A stretch of 64,000 nucleotides of DNA from Candidatus Nanopelagicales bacterium (GTDB taxonomy: Bacteria; Actinomycetota; Actinomycetes; S36-B12), in assembly GCA_044375955.1 (NCBI GenBank), contig JBILLS010000001.1:189942-253941 (forward strand), written 5' to 3'. A program made the translations under genes and the position numbers. The notes below the pieces were generated by a model that made no database searches, was not told where the DNA came from, and saw only the letters and a program-made list of their open reading frames with translations. Below, in pieces: positions 9,137 to 16,674 of this stretch (the first letter of the stretch is position 1; every line of letters starts with the position of its first letter).

Positions 9137-9724
9137 ATGGCGACGGTCGATCCGGAGGGGGTCAGGAGCGTGCTCGTGGACGAGTGGACCGACGACGCTG
9201 TCGCGGCCCGGTTCGCCTCGGGCGACGAGCGCGCTCTGGAGGAGGCCTACCGACGCTGGTCCCGTCTGGTCTTCACCGTCGCCCAGCGTGCGACGGGGAG
9301 TCCCGACGATGCGGCCGACGTCACCCAGGCGACCTTCGTGAGCGCATGGCGAAGCCGGCAGGGCTTCGACCCCGACAAGGGCTCCCTGCCCGCGTGGCTC
9401 ATGTCGATCTCCCGACGGCGGCTGGCCGACCACTGGAAGGAGCGCAGCCGCGAGATGCGCCGCACCGAAGCAGTCGCCCGCGTCACGGACGACCCGGAGC
9501 ATGAGCCCGTCGACGGGATCGTGGATCGGGTGCTTCTCGCCGACGAGTTGGAACGACTCGGCGAACCGCAGCGACGCATCATGGAGCTCGCCTTCTTCCA
9601 GGATCTGACCCACGTGCAGATCGCGGGGGTGTTGGATCTCCCGCTAGGAACCGTGAAGAGCCACATTCGTCGATCCCTGGATCGGCTACGGACACGATTG
9701 GAGGTGGATGGTGCAGCACTGTGA
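9137..9724 (+). CDS. sigK: ECF (group IV) RNA polymerase sigma factor, SigK-like
   Basis: Internal ATG 9137 of ORF 8771..9724. Region 2 ([28 protein letters not shown]) and region 4 HTH ([24 protein letters not shown]). Paired with an RskA-type anti-sigma gene that overlaps its 3' end. Confidence 0.8.
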   Translation: MATVDPEGVRSVLVDEWTDDAVAARFASGDERALEEAYRRWSRLVFTVAQRATGSPDDAADVTQATFVSAWRSRQGFDPDKGSLPAWLMSISRRRLADHWKERSREMRRTEAVARVTDDPEHEPVDGIVDRVLLADELERLGEPQRRIMELAFFQDLTHVQIAGVLDLPLGTVKSHIRRSLDRLRTRLEVDGAAL

Positions 9725-10406
9725 TGAGGAAGTCCTCGCCCTGATCGCATTGGGCGAGACGGTCGACGCCAGCGACGACGCGCACGTGCAGCAGTGTCCG
9801 CGCTGCCAGAGTCGTGTCGACCAACTCGCTGCCGTCGTCGCCACGACGCGCTCTCTCACCGATGCCGACCGACCCGTGGCACCACCGGAGTCGGTGTGGT
9901 CTGGGATCACGAGTGAGCTCGGTCTGGCTGACCCTGCGCCGAACGTGATCTCCCTTGATCGTGCGCGTGGTCGTCGCCGCACGTGGGTGCTCGCCGCTGC
10001 CGCTGCCGTCGTGGGTATCGCGATGGGATCCGTAGTGACGATGGGCGTGCAGCAGTCCGGGACACAGGCCGAACTCGTCGCGCAGGCATCCCTCGGCCCC
10101 ATCGAGGATTCCGGCTACCAGGGCACGGCGGCGGTGGAGACCGTGGACGGTCAGGCCGTGCTGGTCGTATCCGTTCCCGACCTCCCCGCACTGTCCGGCG
10201 AGTACTACGAAGTGTGGATGGCGACACCGGACACGGCCACGATGGTCGCGATCGGAACACTCAACCCGGGGCAGGAGGGTCGCTTCGTTCTCCCCACCGG
10301 GATGGACATGACCTCGTTCCCCGTCGTGGATGTCTCCGTCGAAGCATTCGATGGAGACACCGGTCACAGCGCGAAGAGCGTGGTGCGCGGTCAACTCGCA
10401 ACCTGA
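9708..10406 (+). CDS. rskA: Anti-sigma-K factor RskA-like (zinc-binding N-domain, TM, extracytoplasmic RskA domain)
   Basis: 232 aa. HxxxCxxC motif (HVQQCPRCQ). TM segment [19 protein letters not shown]-terminal block [28 protein letters not shown], typical of RskA. Overlaps the sigma gene by 17 nt. Confidence 0.8.
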   Translation: MVQHCDEEVLALIALGETVDASDDAHVQQCPRCQSRVDQLAAVVATTRSLTDADRPVAPPESVWSGITSELGLADPAPNVISLDRARGRRRTWVLAAAAAVVGIAMGSVVTMGVQQSGTQAELVAQASLGPIEDSGYQGTAAVETVDGQAVLVVSVPDLPALSGEYYEVWMATPDTATMVAIGTLNPGQEGRFVLPTGMDMTSFPVVDVSVEAFDGDTGHSAKSVVRGQLAT

Positions 10407-10487
10407 CCGCCGCGCGGTGAACTCCGCTTCGATGCTGCACGCGTGTTCTAATGAGCATCCGTTGACGACCATCACTCGGGAGAACAC

Positions 10488-10910
10488 ATGAAGCACATCA
10501 CCGCCGTCACTATGACCGCAGTCCTCGCCTTCGGCGGAGTGTCACTGGCCGCCTGCAGCAGCTCATCCACAGAGGAGTCCGGTGAAATGGTGGGCGCAGA
10601 CCCCGGCACGTGGGCACCGATCGAGGTCACCCAGAGCACGAACGGCACCACGGTCGACATGGTCGTCGGACAGGCCGCGATCTTCACCGACCTTCCCGAC
10701 TCACCGACGGTCATGGTGGAGTCCAGCGACCCGATGGTCGTCGAGGCATCCCAGGCCGAGGGTGAAGGTGATGTGACCGCGGTCGCCGGTCTCGTGGCTC
10801 GCGGTGCGGGAACCGCGACGATCACGGTCGTGGACACCTCGATGGCCGAGGACGCGGGCGGTGCGTCCAACGTGATCATCCAGTTCACGGTGAACGTCAG
10901 CGCGGAGTAA
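10488..10910 (+). CDS. Lipoprotein, function unknown
   Basis: 140 aa. Lipobox VSLAAC after a hydrophobic signal. Beta-rich, Ig-like-looking C-terminus (GTATITVVD...IIQFTVNV). Confidence 0.6.
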   Translation: MKHITAVTMTAVLAFGGVSLAACSSSSTEESGEMVGADPGTWAPIEVTQSTNGTTVDMVVGQAAIFTDLPDSPTVMVESSDPMVVEASQAEGEGDVTAVAGLVARGAGTATITVVDTSMAEDAGGASNVIIQFTVNVSAE

Positions 10911-10915
10911 TCGCG

Positions 10916-11503
10916 TCAGGGTGCGGGGATTGTCCCCAGCACCTCAATGCGCCCCTGCGCATGTGCGCGCACCACGACACCTTCGCCCGGCGCGGGAGCG
11001 ATCCCGGTCAGTTGCGTGATGTTGACCTGGTGACCCACGAGGAGTAGCACACCCTCGCGGCCACTGTGCGCTCGGATGATCCGCTCGGTTGCTGCCTTCT
11101 ACCGCTCGGCCCGCGCCTCGGGCGCGGTGAAGACGGAGTCGAGGGCGGGTGTGGGGATCACGGGTCCGAGGTTCATCAGCCGCGCGGTATCCAGGGCACG
11201 GCACCAGCGGCTCGAGCGAACGGTGGTGACGGGGACGCCTTCCTGCCGGAACCTGGCTCCGATCGCGCGTGCCTGGGTGCGGCCCACCGCGGACAGGTTG
11301 CGCTGGGTCGAGCAGTCGCCGAGCTGGAACTCGGGCGGATCACCGGTGCCGGGTGCCAAAGCGTGACGGAAGAGGACCACGACACCGTCCTGGGTGCGCA
11401 ACTGCTCCCACACCCGGCCGTCGCTGGCATGGGCTGTCGGGAGGGGTGCGGCCAGGGCTAGGGCGGCGACGACCGCAGCGATGATCCGACGCATACCCAG
11501 CAC
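10916..11503 (-). pseudogene. Secreted histidine phosphatase family gene interrupted by an in-frame TAG at 11099-11101
   Basis: ORF track 134 aa (signal peptide, then VVLFRHALAPGTGDPPEFQLGDCSTQRNLS). The same frame continues after the TAG for 60 more codons: KAATERIIRAHSGREGVLLLVGHQVNITQLTGIAPAPGEGVVVRAHAQGRIEVLGTIPAP, ending at TGA 10916-10918. This part holds the second conserved His block (VGHQVN). Confidence 0.7.
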
Positions 11504-11538
11504 TCCATCACAGGCCCGTAGCCCCCGCTACCCGGGAG

Positions 11539-12525
11539 CTACTTCACCTGCTTGGTTCCCGCCGGGCATTTGGTGGCGGTGATGACCTTGGTCTTCTTGC
11601 CCTTCTTGCAGGTGATCTGCTTCGCAGCACCGGCTCCCGAGACGCTGGGGGTTCCGATCACCAGGGTTGCGCGCTCGATGGGGCCGAACTGCCCCATCGA
11701 CATGCCACCGGTGGCGTAGTAGATGCGGAACTGGTTCGGGGCGATCTCGTAACCGGTGGGATCGAGTTTGCTGTTGCCCGCCCCGGTCAGAGCCTGCGGT
11801 GCTGACCAGGTCAACCCATCTGCGGATTCGGAGACGAACAGTTTCTGGTTGCGATCACTCGTGCACCCGATGTCAGCGAGGATCATCAACCAGCTGCCGC
11901 TTTGGGTGCGCAAGATCTCGGTGTCGACGTAACCGTTCTCCAGACGCCACCCGGGCTCCTTCGTGAAGGTGATCCCGTCGGAGGAGATGTAGGAGGCGAT
12001 CTTCTCGGTGCAGATCCCGGGCACGGGTGATTCGACCATGTAGACGCGCACGCGACCATCCGGGAGAACCACGGCATCGGGGACGCCCCAGGCTTTCGTG
12101 GTCAACGCGACGGAAGCACCCGCAGCGATCGGTGTGCGCGCACCGAGGGACAGACAGTCCGCATCCAGGCATGGCGCGGACGACACGGTCTTGGTTCCGG
12201 CACCCGGATTGACGTCGACGAAGTACGCGCGCTTAGCTCCGCTGGGCAGTGTTGCGATGGTGACGTCGTTGATGGGGCCACCGCCCGCGTTGAATGTGAC
12301 CGGAGTGCAGCCAGCGTCGGTGCACAGCGATACCGACGTTCCAGCAGGACCGTCGGAGCGGAAGACCAGGTCACCACGTGCCGTGCGCTCGACGTGCGGC
12401 GAGACACCGCCCATGTTCGTTGCAACGGGCCCCTCGATCTTCCAGCTTGCGGCGTGCGCGGGGGCCACGAGTGAGGCAGTGAGCAGACCGGCGAGAACCG
12501 GGATTCCCAGGTATCGAGTGCGCAT
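11539..12525 (-). CDS. Secreted hypothetical protein with Lys-rich C-terminal tail
   Basis: 328 aa. Signal peptide ...SLVAPAHA. Several Cys pairs. Tail KQITCKKGKKTKVITATKCPAGTKQVK. I recognise no family. Confidence 0.55.
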   Translation of the reverse strand: MRTRYLGIPVLAGLLTASLVAPAHAASWKIEGPVATNMGGVSPHVERTARGDLVFRSDGPAGTSVSLCTDAGCTPVTFNAGGGPINDVTIATLPSGAKRAYFVDVNPGAGTKTVSSAPCLDADCLSLGARTPIAAGASVALTTKAWGVPDAVVLPDGRVRVYMVESPVPGICTEKIASYISSDGITFTKEPGWRLENGYVDTEILRTQSGSWLMILADIGCTSDRNQKLFVSESADGLTWSAPQALTGAGNSKLDPTGYEIAPNQFRIYYATGGMSMGQFGPIERATLVIGTPSVSGAGAAKQITCKKGKKTKVITATKCPAGTKQVK

Positions 12526-12587
12526 CCGGGAATCTTAGGGACGTCCACTCCCCGATGGGCACGAATTGCCGCGAAGTCCCCGAAACG

Positions 12588-12619
12588 TCTGAGGGCCCGG
12601 ACGGAACCGGGCCCTCAGA
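12588..12619 (-). terminator. Strong hairpin just downstream of the DUF4389 gene
   Basis: tctgagggcccgg-acggaa-ccgggccctcaga: 13-bp perfect stem, 9 nt past the stop at 12628. Confidence 0.6.
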
Positions 12620-12627
12620 CAGGTGAG

Positions 12628-13278
12628 TTAGCTGAGTCGGAATGGCGGATACTTGTCCGTCGCAAGCACGAGGGCGTAGGCCTGCACGCGCCAGGTCCAC
12701 CGCATGACGCCCACGACGTAGTCGAACAACCCGCGTGGGTAGCGGCCGGTGAAGATGATGGCGAACCAGGCGATCAGCACGACGACGAACACCGCGATCC
12801 ATAGGAAGAACAGGATCACGTAGTGCGGGATTGCGAGGAACCACTTCACCAGCGGCATTCCGCGCTTGAGGTCGGTCTGCGCGTTGGGGTAGTCGAGTTC
12901 GAGGTGGATGTTCTGCTCGTCCTCCGTCGACGGGTACTTGTCCGTCAACAGCGCGATGTACGCCGAGATCCGAAGTGAGAACCGGTTCAGTGCGAGGACG
13001 AAGTCGAACCACCACTTCGGGTAGCGCTTACGGAACAGGATCAGCAGCAGCGTGACGAGGAACAGGGACCCGACGATCCCGGCCCCGGTGTTGACGGTGT
13101 CCACCACCACCTCGCCGGTCTCGTTGACCGTCTGGATCACGGTGTCACTGCCGCTGGTGAGGATTCCCAGGATGATGAGAATCGGTATCACCAGGATGAT
13201 GCGGAAGATCGTGGTGACGCGACTCAACTTCTCCTGGTAGTCGATCGTTAATCGTGCCGGATACGTGGTGTCCACCAT
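12628..13278 (-). CDS. DUF4389 domain membrane protein (two repeats)
   Basis: 216 aa. Repeated pattern ...FRKRYPKWWFDFVLALNRFSLRISAYIALLTDKYP... and ...FTGRYPRGLFDYVVGVMRWTWRVQAYALVLATDKYPPF. Confidence 0.65.
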   Translation of the reverse strand: MVDTTYPARLTIDYQEKLSRVTTIFRIILVIPILIILGILTSGSDTVIQTVNETGEVVVDTVNTGAGIVGSLFLVTLLLILFRKRYPKWWFDFVLALNRFSLRISAYIALLTDKYPSTEDEQNIHLELDYPNAQTDLKRGMPLVKWFLAIPHYVILFFLWIAVFVVVLIAWFAIIFTGRYPRGLFDYVVGVMRWTWRVQAYALVLATDKYPPFRLS

Positions 13279-13364
13279 GTGCGCTCCCGAGAGTTGAACA
13301 GTGCTGAGACTGTACGGCTGCAGTGACTATGCAAACAAGAAGCCGCGCGGGGGATGTGGATGAA

Positions 13365-14039
13365 CTATGTCCGGAGAATTTGATCCACGAGGGCTGCGAA
13401 TACCGCCGCATCGATGGACGGGAGGAGTCCGTCGGGGTTGTGCTCTGCCAACTCCTGCTCACTCACTGCCCCCGTGGCCACCGCGATCACTTTCACTCCA
13501 CCGGATCGCGCTGCCGTGATGTCCAGGGGTGTATCGCCGATGATGATCGTGTTCGTGAGGGCATCTGAGTCCAGATGGTCCACGGCCTCGGCCACGAGGT
13601 CCATGCGGGTTGCGTGGGTGTGACCGTAGAACCCCGACGGGATGTCGAAGTATGGGGCCAGACCCGCGGATCGCACCTTCGCCTCCGCGCGGCGGGGCGT
13701 ATTCCCGGTCAGCAACAGGTGGCGTGCACCCATCCCGGACATGTACGCCAACGCGTCTATGACACCGGGAAGGGCGCTCGCGGGTGAAGTGAGGAGATCA
13801 CTGTCGGTGATGTCGTCGAGGTGTGCAAGCACATCGACGATCACCTCGTGCGTGGGTTCGGTGTGCGCGGTGAGCAACTCCGTGACGATCTGTCGATCGG
13901 TCTTGCCCACCCCTTGGGGGACCGGAGTCGTAGGGATGCCGAGGACCTGTGTCACCGCGTGGGCATGACGATCCCGCTTCGCGGGCGCGTGTTCGATGAG
14001 TGTGCCGTCAATGTCCCACAGGAGCACCGGACCGGCCAC
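13365..14039 (-). CDS. HAD-superfamily hydrolase
   Basis: 224 aa. Motif I LWDIDGTLIE. Motif IV IIIGDTPLDI. Confidence 0.8.
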   Translation of the reverse strand: MAGPVLLWDIDGTLIEHAPAKRDRHAHAVTQVLGIPTTPVPQGVGKTDRQIVTELLTAHTEPTHEVIVDVLAHLDDITDSDLLTSPASALPGVIDALAYMSGMGARHLLLTGNTPRRAEAKVRSAGLAPYFDIPSGFYGHTHATRMDLVAEAVDHLDSDALTNTIIIGDTPLDITAARSGGVKVIAVATGAVSEQELAEHNPDGLLPSIDAAVFAALVDQILRT

Positions 14040-14063
14040 CAGAGCAGCGTAAACGCCTTTGCC

Positions 14064-14339
14064 TCAGCTACACCGATATGAGCGAGGATCAGGAACTTCT
14101 TCGATAGGTGTGAGTTCTACTCGCGCTACTGCCCGTTGCGCTTCCTGCAATTCTGACCAGGTGTGGGAATCCGCCAGAACTGCAACCGTTTCCTCAAGAG
14201 CCTCAACTTCATCCACGCTGAGAACAACGACTGCTGGCGATCCATTGCGAGTAATGACAACCCGATCTCGAGTCCCGGCGACCAAATCAACAATGTGCGA
14301 GAGGTTCGATTGCACTTGCGAGAGCGGCATGGTGATCAT
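14064..14339 (-). CDS. Phd/YefM family type II antitoxin, no adjacent toxin
   Basis: 91 aa. MPLSQVQSNLSHIVDLVAGTRDRVVITRNGSPAVVVLSVDEVEALEETVAVL matches the Phd/YefM N-terminal fold pattern. Lines in this gene hand-count at about 53-55% GC. Confidence 0.7.
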   Translation of the reverse strand: MITMPLSQVQSNLSHIVDLVAGTRDRVVITRNGSPAVVVLSVDEVEALEETVAVLADSHTWSELQEAQRAVARVELTPIEEVPDPRSYRCS

Positions 14340-14369
14340 GGTGATGATTATGGCGGTATTCGCTGAACG

Positions 14370-14498
14370 TCAGGGCGAGCAGACGCCCCCATCACAGCAG
14401 GGCTGGATGTAGTAGCAACGCGGGCAGAAGTCCTTGCCCCCGCGGCGCTCGAGTTGCACGGATTCGCAGGCCGGGCACGGACCGGGGTCTCCCATCAT
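14370..14498 (-). CDS. Unlisted 42-codon Cys-rich zinc-ribbon-like ORF
   Basis: My own translation: MMGDPGPCPACESVQLERRGGKDFCPRCYYIQPCCDGGVCSP. CxxC...CxxC plus a CC..C tail. 35 of 42 third positions are G/C. ATGA overlap with the FmdB stop codon. Confidence 0.45.
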   Translation of the reverse strand: MMGDPGPCPACESVQLERRGGKDFCPRCYYIQPCCDGGVCSP

Positions 14499-14707
14499 CC
14501 GCAGCCGCACCCCCCACCACAACACCCGCCGCCACTCGGACCATTCGATGGTGCTGCGCTCCGCCCACCTGCCGCACCGATGGTCAGTAGTCGCACAGTG
14601 TCGGTGTGTCCCGTGGGGCAGGTGGAGGGCGCGGAGGATTCCTCCATCGGTCGATCGACCACGTAGGTGGCGCCACATTCCCTGCAGCGGAACTCGTACG
14701 CCGGCAT
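14495..14707 (-). CDS. FmdB-family zinc-ribbon protein with Gly/Cys tail
   Basis: Internal ATG 14705-14707 of ORF 14495..14782. MPAYEFRCRECGATYVV...STCPTGH...GGGCCGGGCGCG. Confidence 0.7.
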   Translation of the reverse strand: MPAYEFRCRECGATYVVDRPMEESSAPSTCPTGHTDTVRLLTIGAAGGRSAAPSNGPSGGGCCGGGCGCG

Positions 14708-14726
14708 GTGCTTCAGGTTACCGGCG

Positions 14727-15173
14727 TCACGCGCTATGGCCCTCAAGATACGTGAGCCAGTCACCACCGGGAATGCGCTCACCCCGGTCCTTCGGCCACG
14801 GCCACGCGCAGAGCAGTGCCTTCCCGAGGATCGGTCCCCCCGGCGAGGCGTAGATGGAGTGCCAGATCAGGTCGTAGCCCCACTCGACTTCGAGGGTGCC
14901 CATGAGATCCCAGAGTTCGTGCGACGGCTGCGCGGTGGCGAGATCGTCCCGCACCCAGTCATCCCCGTGCTCGCGCACCTCGAGCAGGGGCCAGGAACCC
15001 GCCGTGGAGGCGAACATGTGACCGCGCACCCAGGCCGGTGCAGGTTCGCCCTCGATCAGTGACGCGATGCGCGGGAAGTTGCTACCGCCCGGGCGCAAAG
15101 TTCCGTAGGCGAAGAACTCGATGACGTCGCGATGACCGTGCACCGCGTCGATGGGTCGTGCTGGTGGCGTCAT
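14727..15173 (-). CDS. Gamma-glutamylcyclotransferase-like (AIG2/GGACT family) protein
   Basis: 148 aa. N-terminal FFAYGTLRPGGSNF motif. Confidence 0.65.
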   Translation of the reverse strand: MTPPARPIDAVHGHRDVIEFFAYGTLRPGGSNFPRIASLIEGEPAPAWVRGHMFASTAGSWPLLEVREHGDDWVRDDLATAQPSHELWDLMGTLEVEWGYDLIWHSIYASPGGPILGKALLCAWPWPKDRGERIPGGDWLTYLEGHSA

Positions 15174-15877
15174 TGCAGCGCGGAGGCCAACCGATCACCC
15201 AGTGTGTCCGTCATGGCGTCGGCATCTGTGACCTGCTTTGCAGTCAGCGCTTGGCCTCGGGTGCCCTCGCTTTCAATCTGCACGATCTGGATGTACTTGC
15301 CGAAGTGACGAACAGTCATATACGAGTGATCCACGAATCCACCGGGCCCGGGATTGGTTGTGTCGGCCTTCACCCAGAGGAACGCGTCTCCATCAGCGAA
15401 CTTCTTCGTGCCGTTCGTCAACGTGGTCGCGAACGGGCCGGGATCGGCATCATCACTATCCGGCGTTGACTTCTGCTGACCCTCGCACTTCGCGATCTTC
15501 TTCATGATCCCCCGGTAGGCAGCCTTGGCCCGTGCCTCGCTCGCGTACACGTGCAGCTCTTGGCTGAGACCGGTGAGGTCGCCGGTCTTCAGCGACATGA
15601 TCTCCTTGGTAACGAGTGCGGGTGCCCCTTTGCCTTCGACCTCGTTCTCCGCCGAGAGGTCACACAGCCATGGTGCATCCGGTGTTCCCTTATCCGAGGT
15701 CGTGACCCCGAAGGTGCTCATCCGTGGCCCCGTGACGCCGATCTCCGTGGCGTCCGCCTTGGTCACCATGAGTGGGTAGATGGTGGCGACCGTGGACGCG
15801 GAGAGGTCGGAGGCCTGCGCGGGCCCAGCACCGGCAACCAGGAGTGCGGCAGAACCGAGGGCGGCGAGGGAACGGAT
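15170..15877 (-). CDS. Probable secreted protein; start uncertain (possible non-canonical ATC start)
   Basis: The ORF track starts at ATG 15769. The same frame upstream encodes RRIRSLAALGSAALLVAGAGPAQA (signal-peptide-like), preceded by a perfect AAGGAG (15888-15893). No in-frame ATG, GTG or TTG exists there. Confidence 0.5.
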   Translation of the reverse strand: MRSLAALGSAALLVAGAGPAQASDLSASTVATIYPLMVTKADATEIGVTGPRMSTFGVTTSDKGTPDAPWLCDLSAENEVEGKGAPALVTKEIMSLKTGDLTGLSQELHVYASEARAKAAYRGIMKKIAKCEGQQKSTPDSDDADPGPFATTLTNGTKKFADGDAFLWVKADTTNPGPGGFVDHSYMTVRHFGKYIQIVQIESEGTRGQALTAKQVTDADAMTDTLGDRLASALQ

Positions 15878-15935
15878 ACGCCTGGTGCTCCTTACGTGGT
15901 GATCGACATCGAGATTATCTATCTCGACCTTATGG

Positions 15936-16529
15936 TCATGTGGTGACCCAGGTGGTGAACGCCGCGAAGAGCAGGAACCGTGTCAGCCGCCCCAGGAACA
16001 CAGCCGGGTAGAAGATCTTCACCGGGACGCCGAGGGCACCGGATACCACACCCGCCACGTCGAAGGCCGGAAACGGTGGCGCGGACACCAGGAACAACAC
16101 CACGAAGGCGCGCACCGGATGCGCCAGCTGCTTTGCCATCCAGTTCGCGAATTTCGTTCCTTCGAATGTGCCCTTGCCGGCGCGGCCGGCCAGGTACCCC
16201 GATGTCTCACCGAGCGTGGCGCCTGCCGCGGTGGTGATGGCCACCAACCACGGCATCGACGTGGTCTCCATCATCTGCAGGATGATCGGGTTGTAGGGGA
16301 TCGGGACGGCGACGGTGAAGTTGGTGAAGAAGGCCAAGAGGAAAGACCCGAGGAATACGGACCCTTCGAGGCCACGGAAGAACTCCTGGACCGCGGGCAA
16401 CCCGATCACCCAGTAGGCGAAGACATTGAGGGCAAGCAGGGCGAGCAGTGCTGCGCCGAGACGAATCCACGAGCGCTTGCGCCGTTCGACGACGGGGGCT
16501 TCCGACGACGGGTTCTCGTCGGGATCCAT
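15936..16529 (-). CDS. VTT-domain (DedA/YqaA-like) membrane protein
   Basis: 197 aa, polytopic. GATLGETSGYLAGRAG motif, typical of SNARE-associated/VTT family proteins. Confidence 0.7.
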   Translation of the reverse strand: MDPDENPSSEAPVVERRKRSWIRLGAALLALLALNVFAYWVIGLPAVQEFFRGLEGSVFLGSFLLAFFTNFTVAVPIPYNPIILQMMETTSMPWLVAITTAAGATLGETSGYLAGRAGKGTFEGTKFANWMAKQLAHPVRAFVVLFLVSAPPFPAFDVAGVVSGALGVPVKIFYPAVFLGRLTRFLLFAAFTTWVTT

Positions 16530-16538
16530 GGAGCGACC

Positions 16539-16673
16539 CTAGTTCGCGGACTCCACTGCGGTGTCGGCCTCGGCGCGCTGCTCCTCGCGACGGTGCTTCC
16601 ACACCATGCCACCGAGGACGGCCAATGCCGCGGGCATCACACTCGCCCCGGCCTGGATGCATTGCACGCACAT
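16539..16673 (-). CDS. Unlisted 44-codon small membrane protein with N-terminal CxxC
   Basis: My own translation: MCVQCIQAGASVMPAALAVLGGMVWKHRREEQRAEADTAVESAN. The ATG is 1 nt after the lgt stop, with GGAGA 7 nt upstream. Its stop is 9 nt before the next gene start. High GC3. Confidence 0.4.
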   Translation of the reverse strand: MCVQCIQAGASVMPAALAVLGGMVWKHRREEQRAEADTAVESAN

Positions 16674-16674
16674 G

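Noticed and set aside
9579-10496. 305-aa minus-strand ORF across the sigma/anti-sigma genes
   Set aside because: It is antisense to two genes with clear ECF and RskA motifs, and it has no motifs of its own.
13365-14063. Search for a toxin partner downstream of the Phd/YefM antitoxin
   Set aside because: The next ORF starts 24 nt later and is a clear HAD hydrolase (DxDGT motif). No toxin-sized ORF fits.
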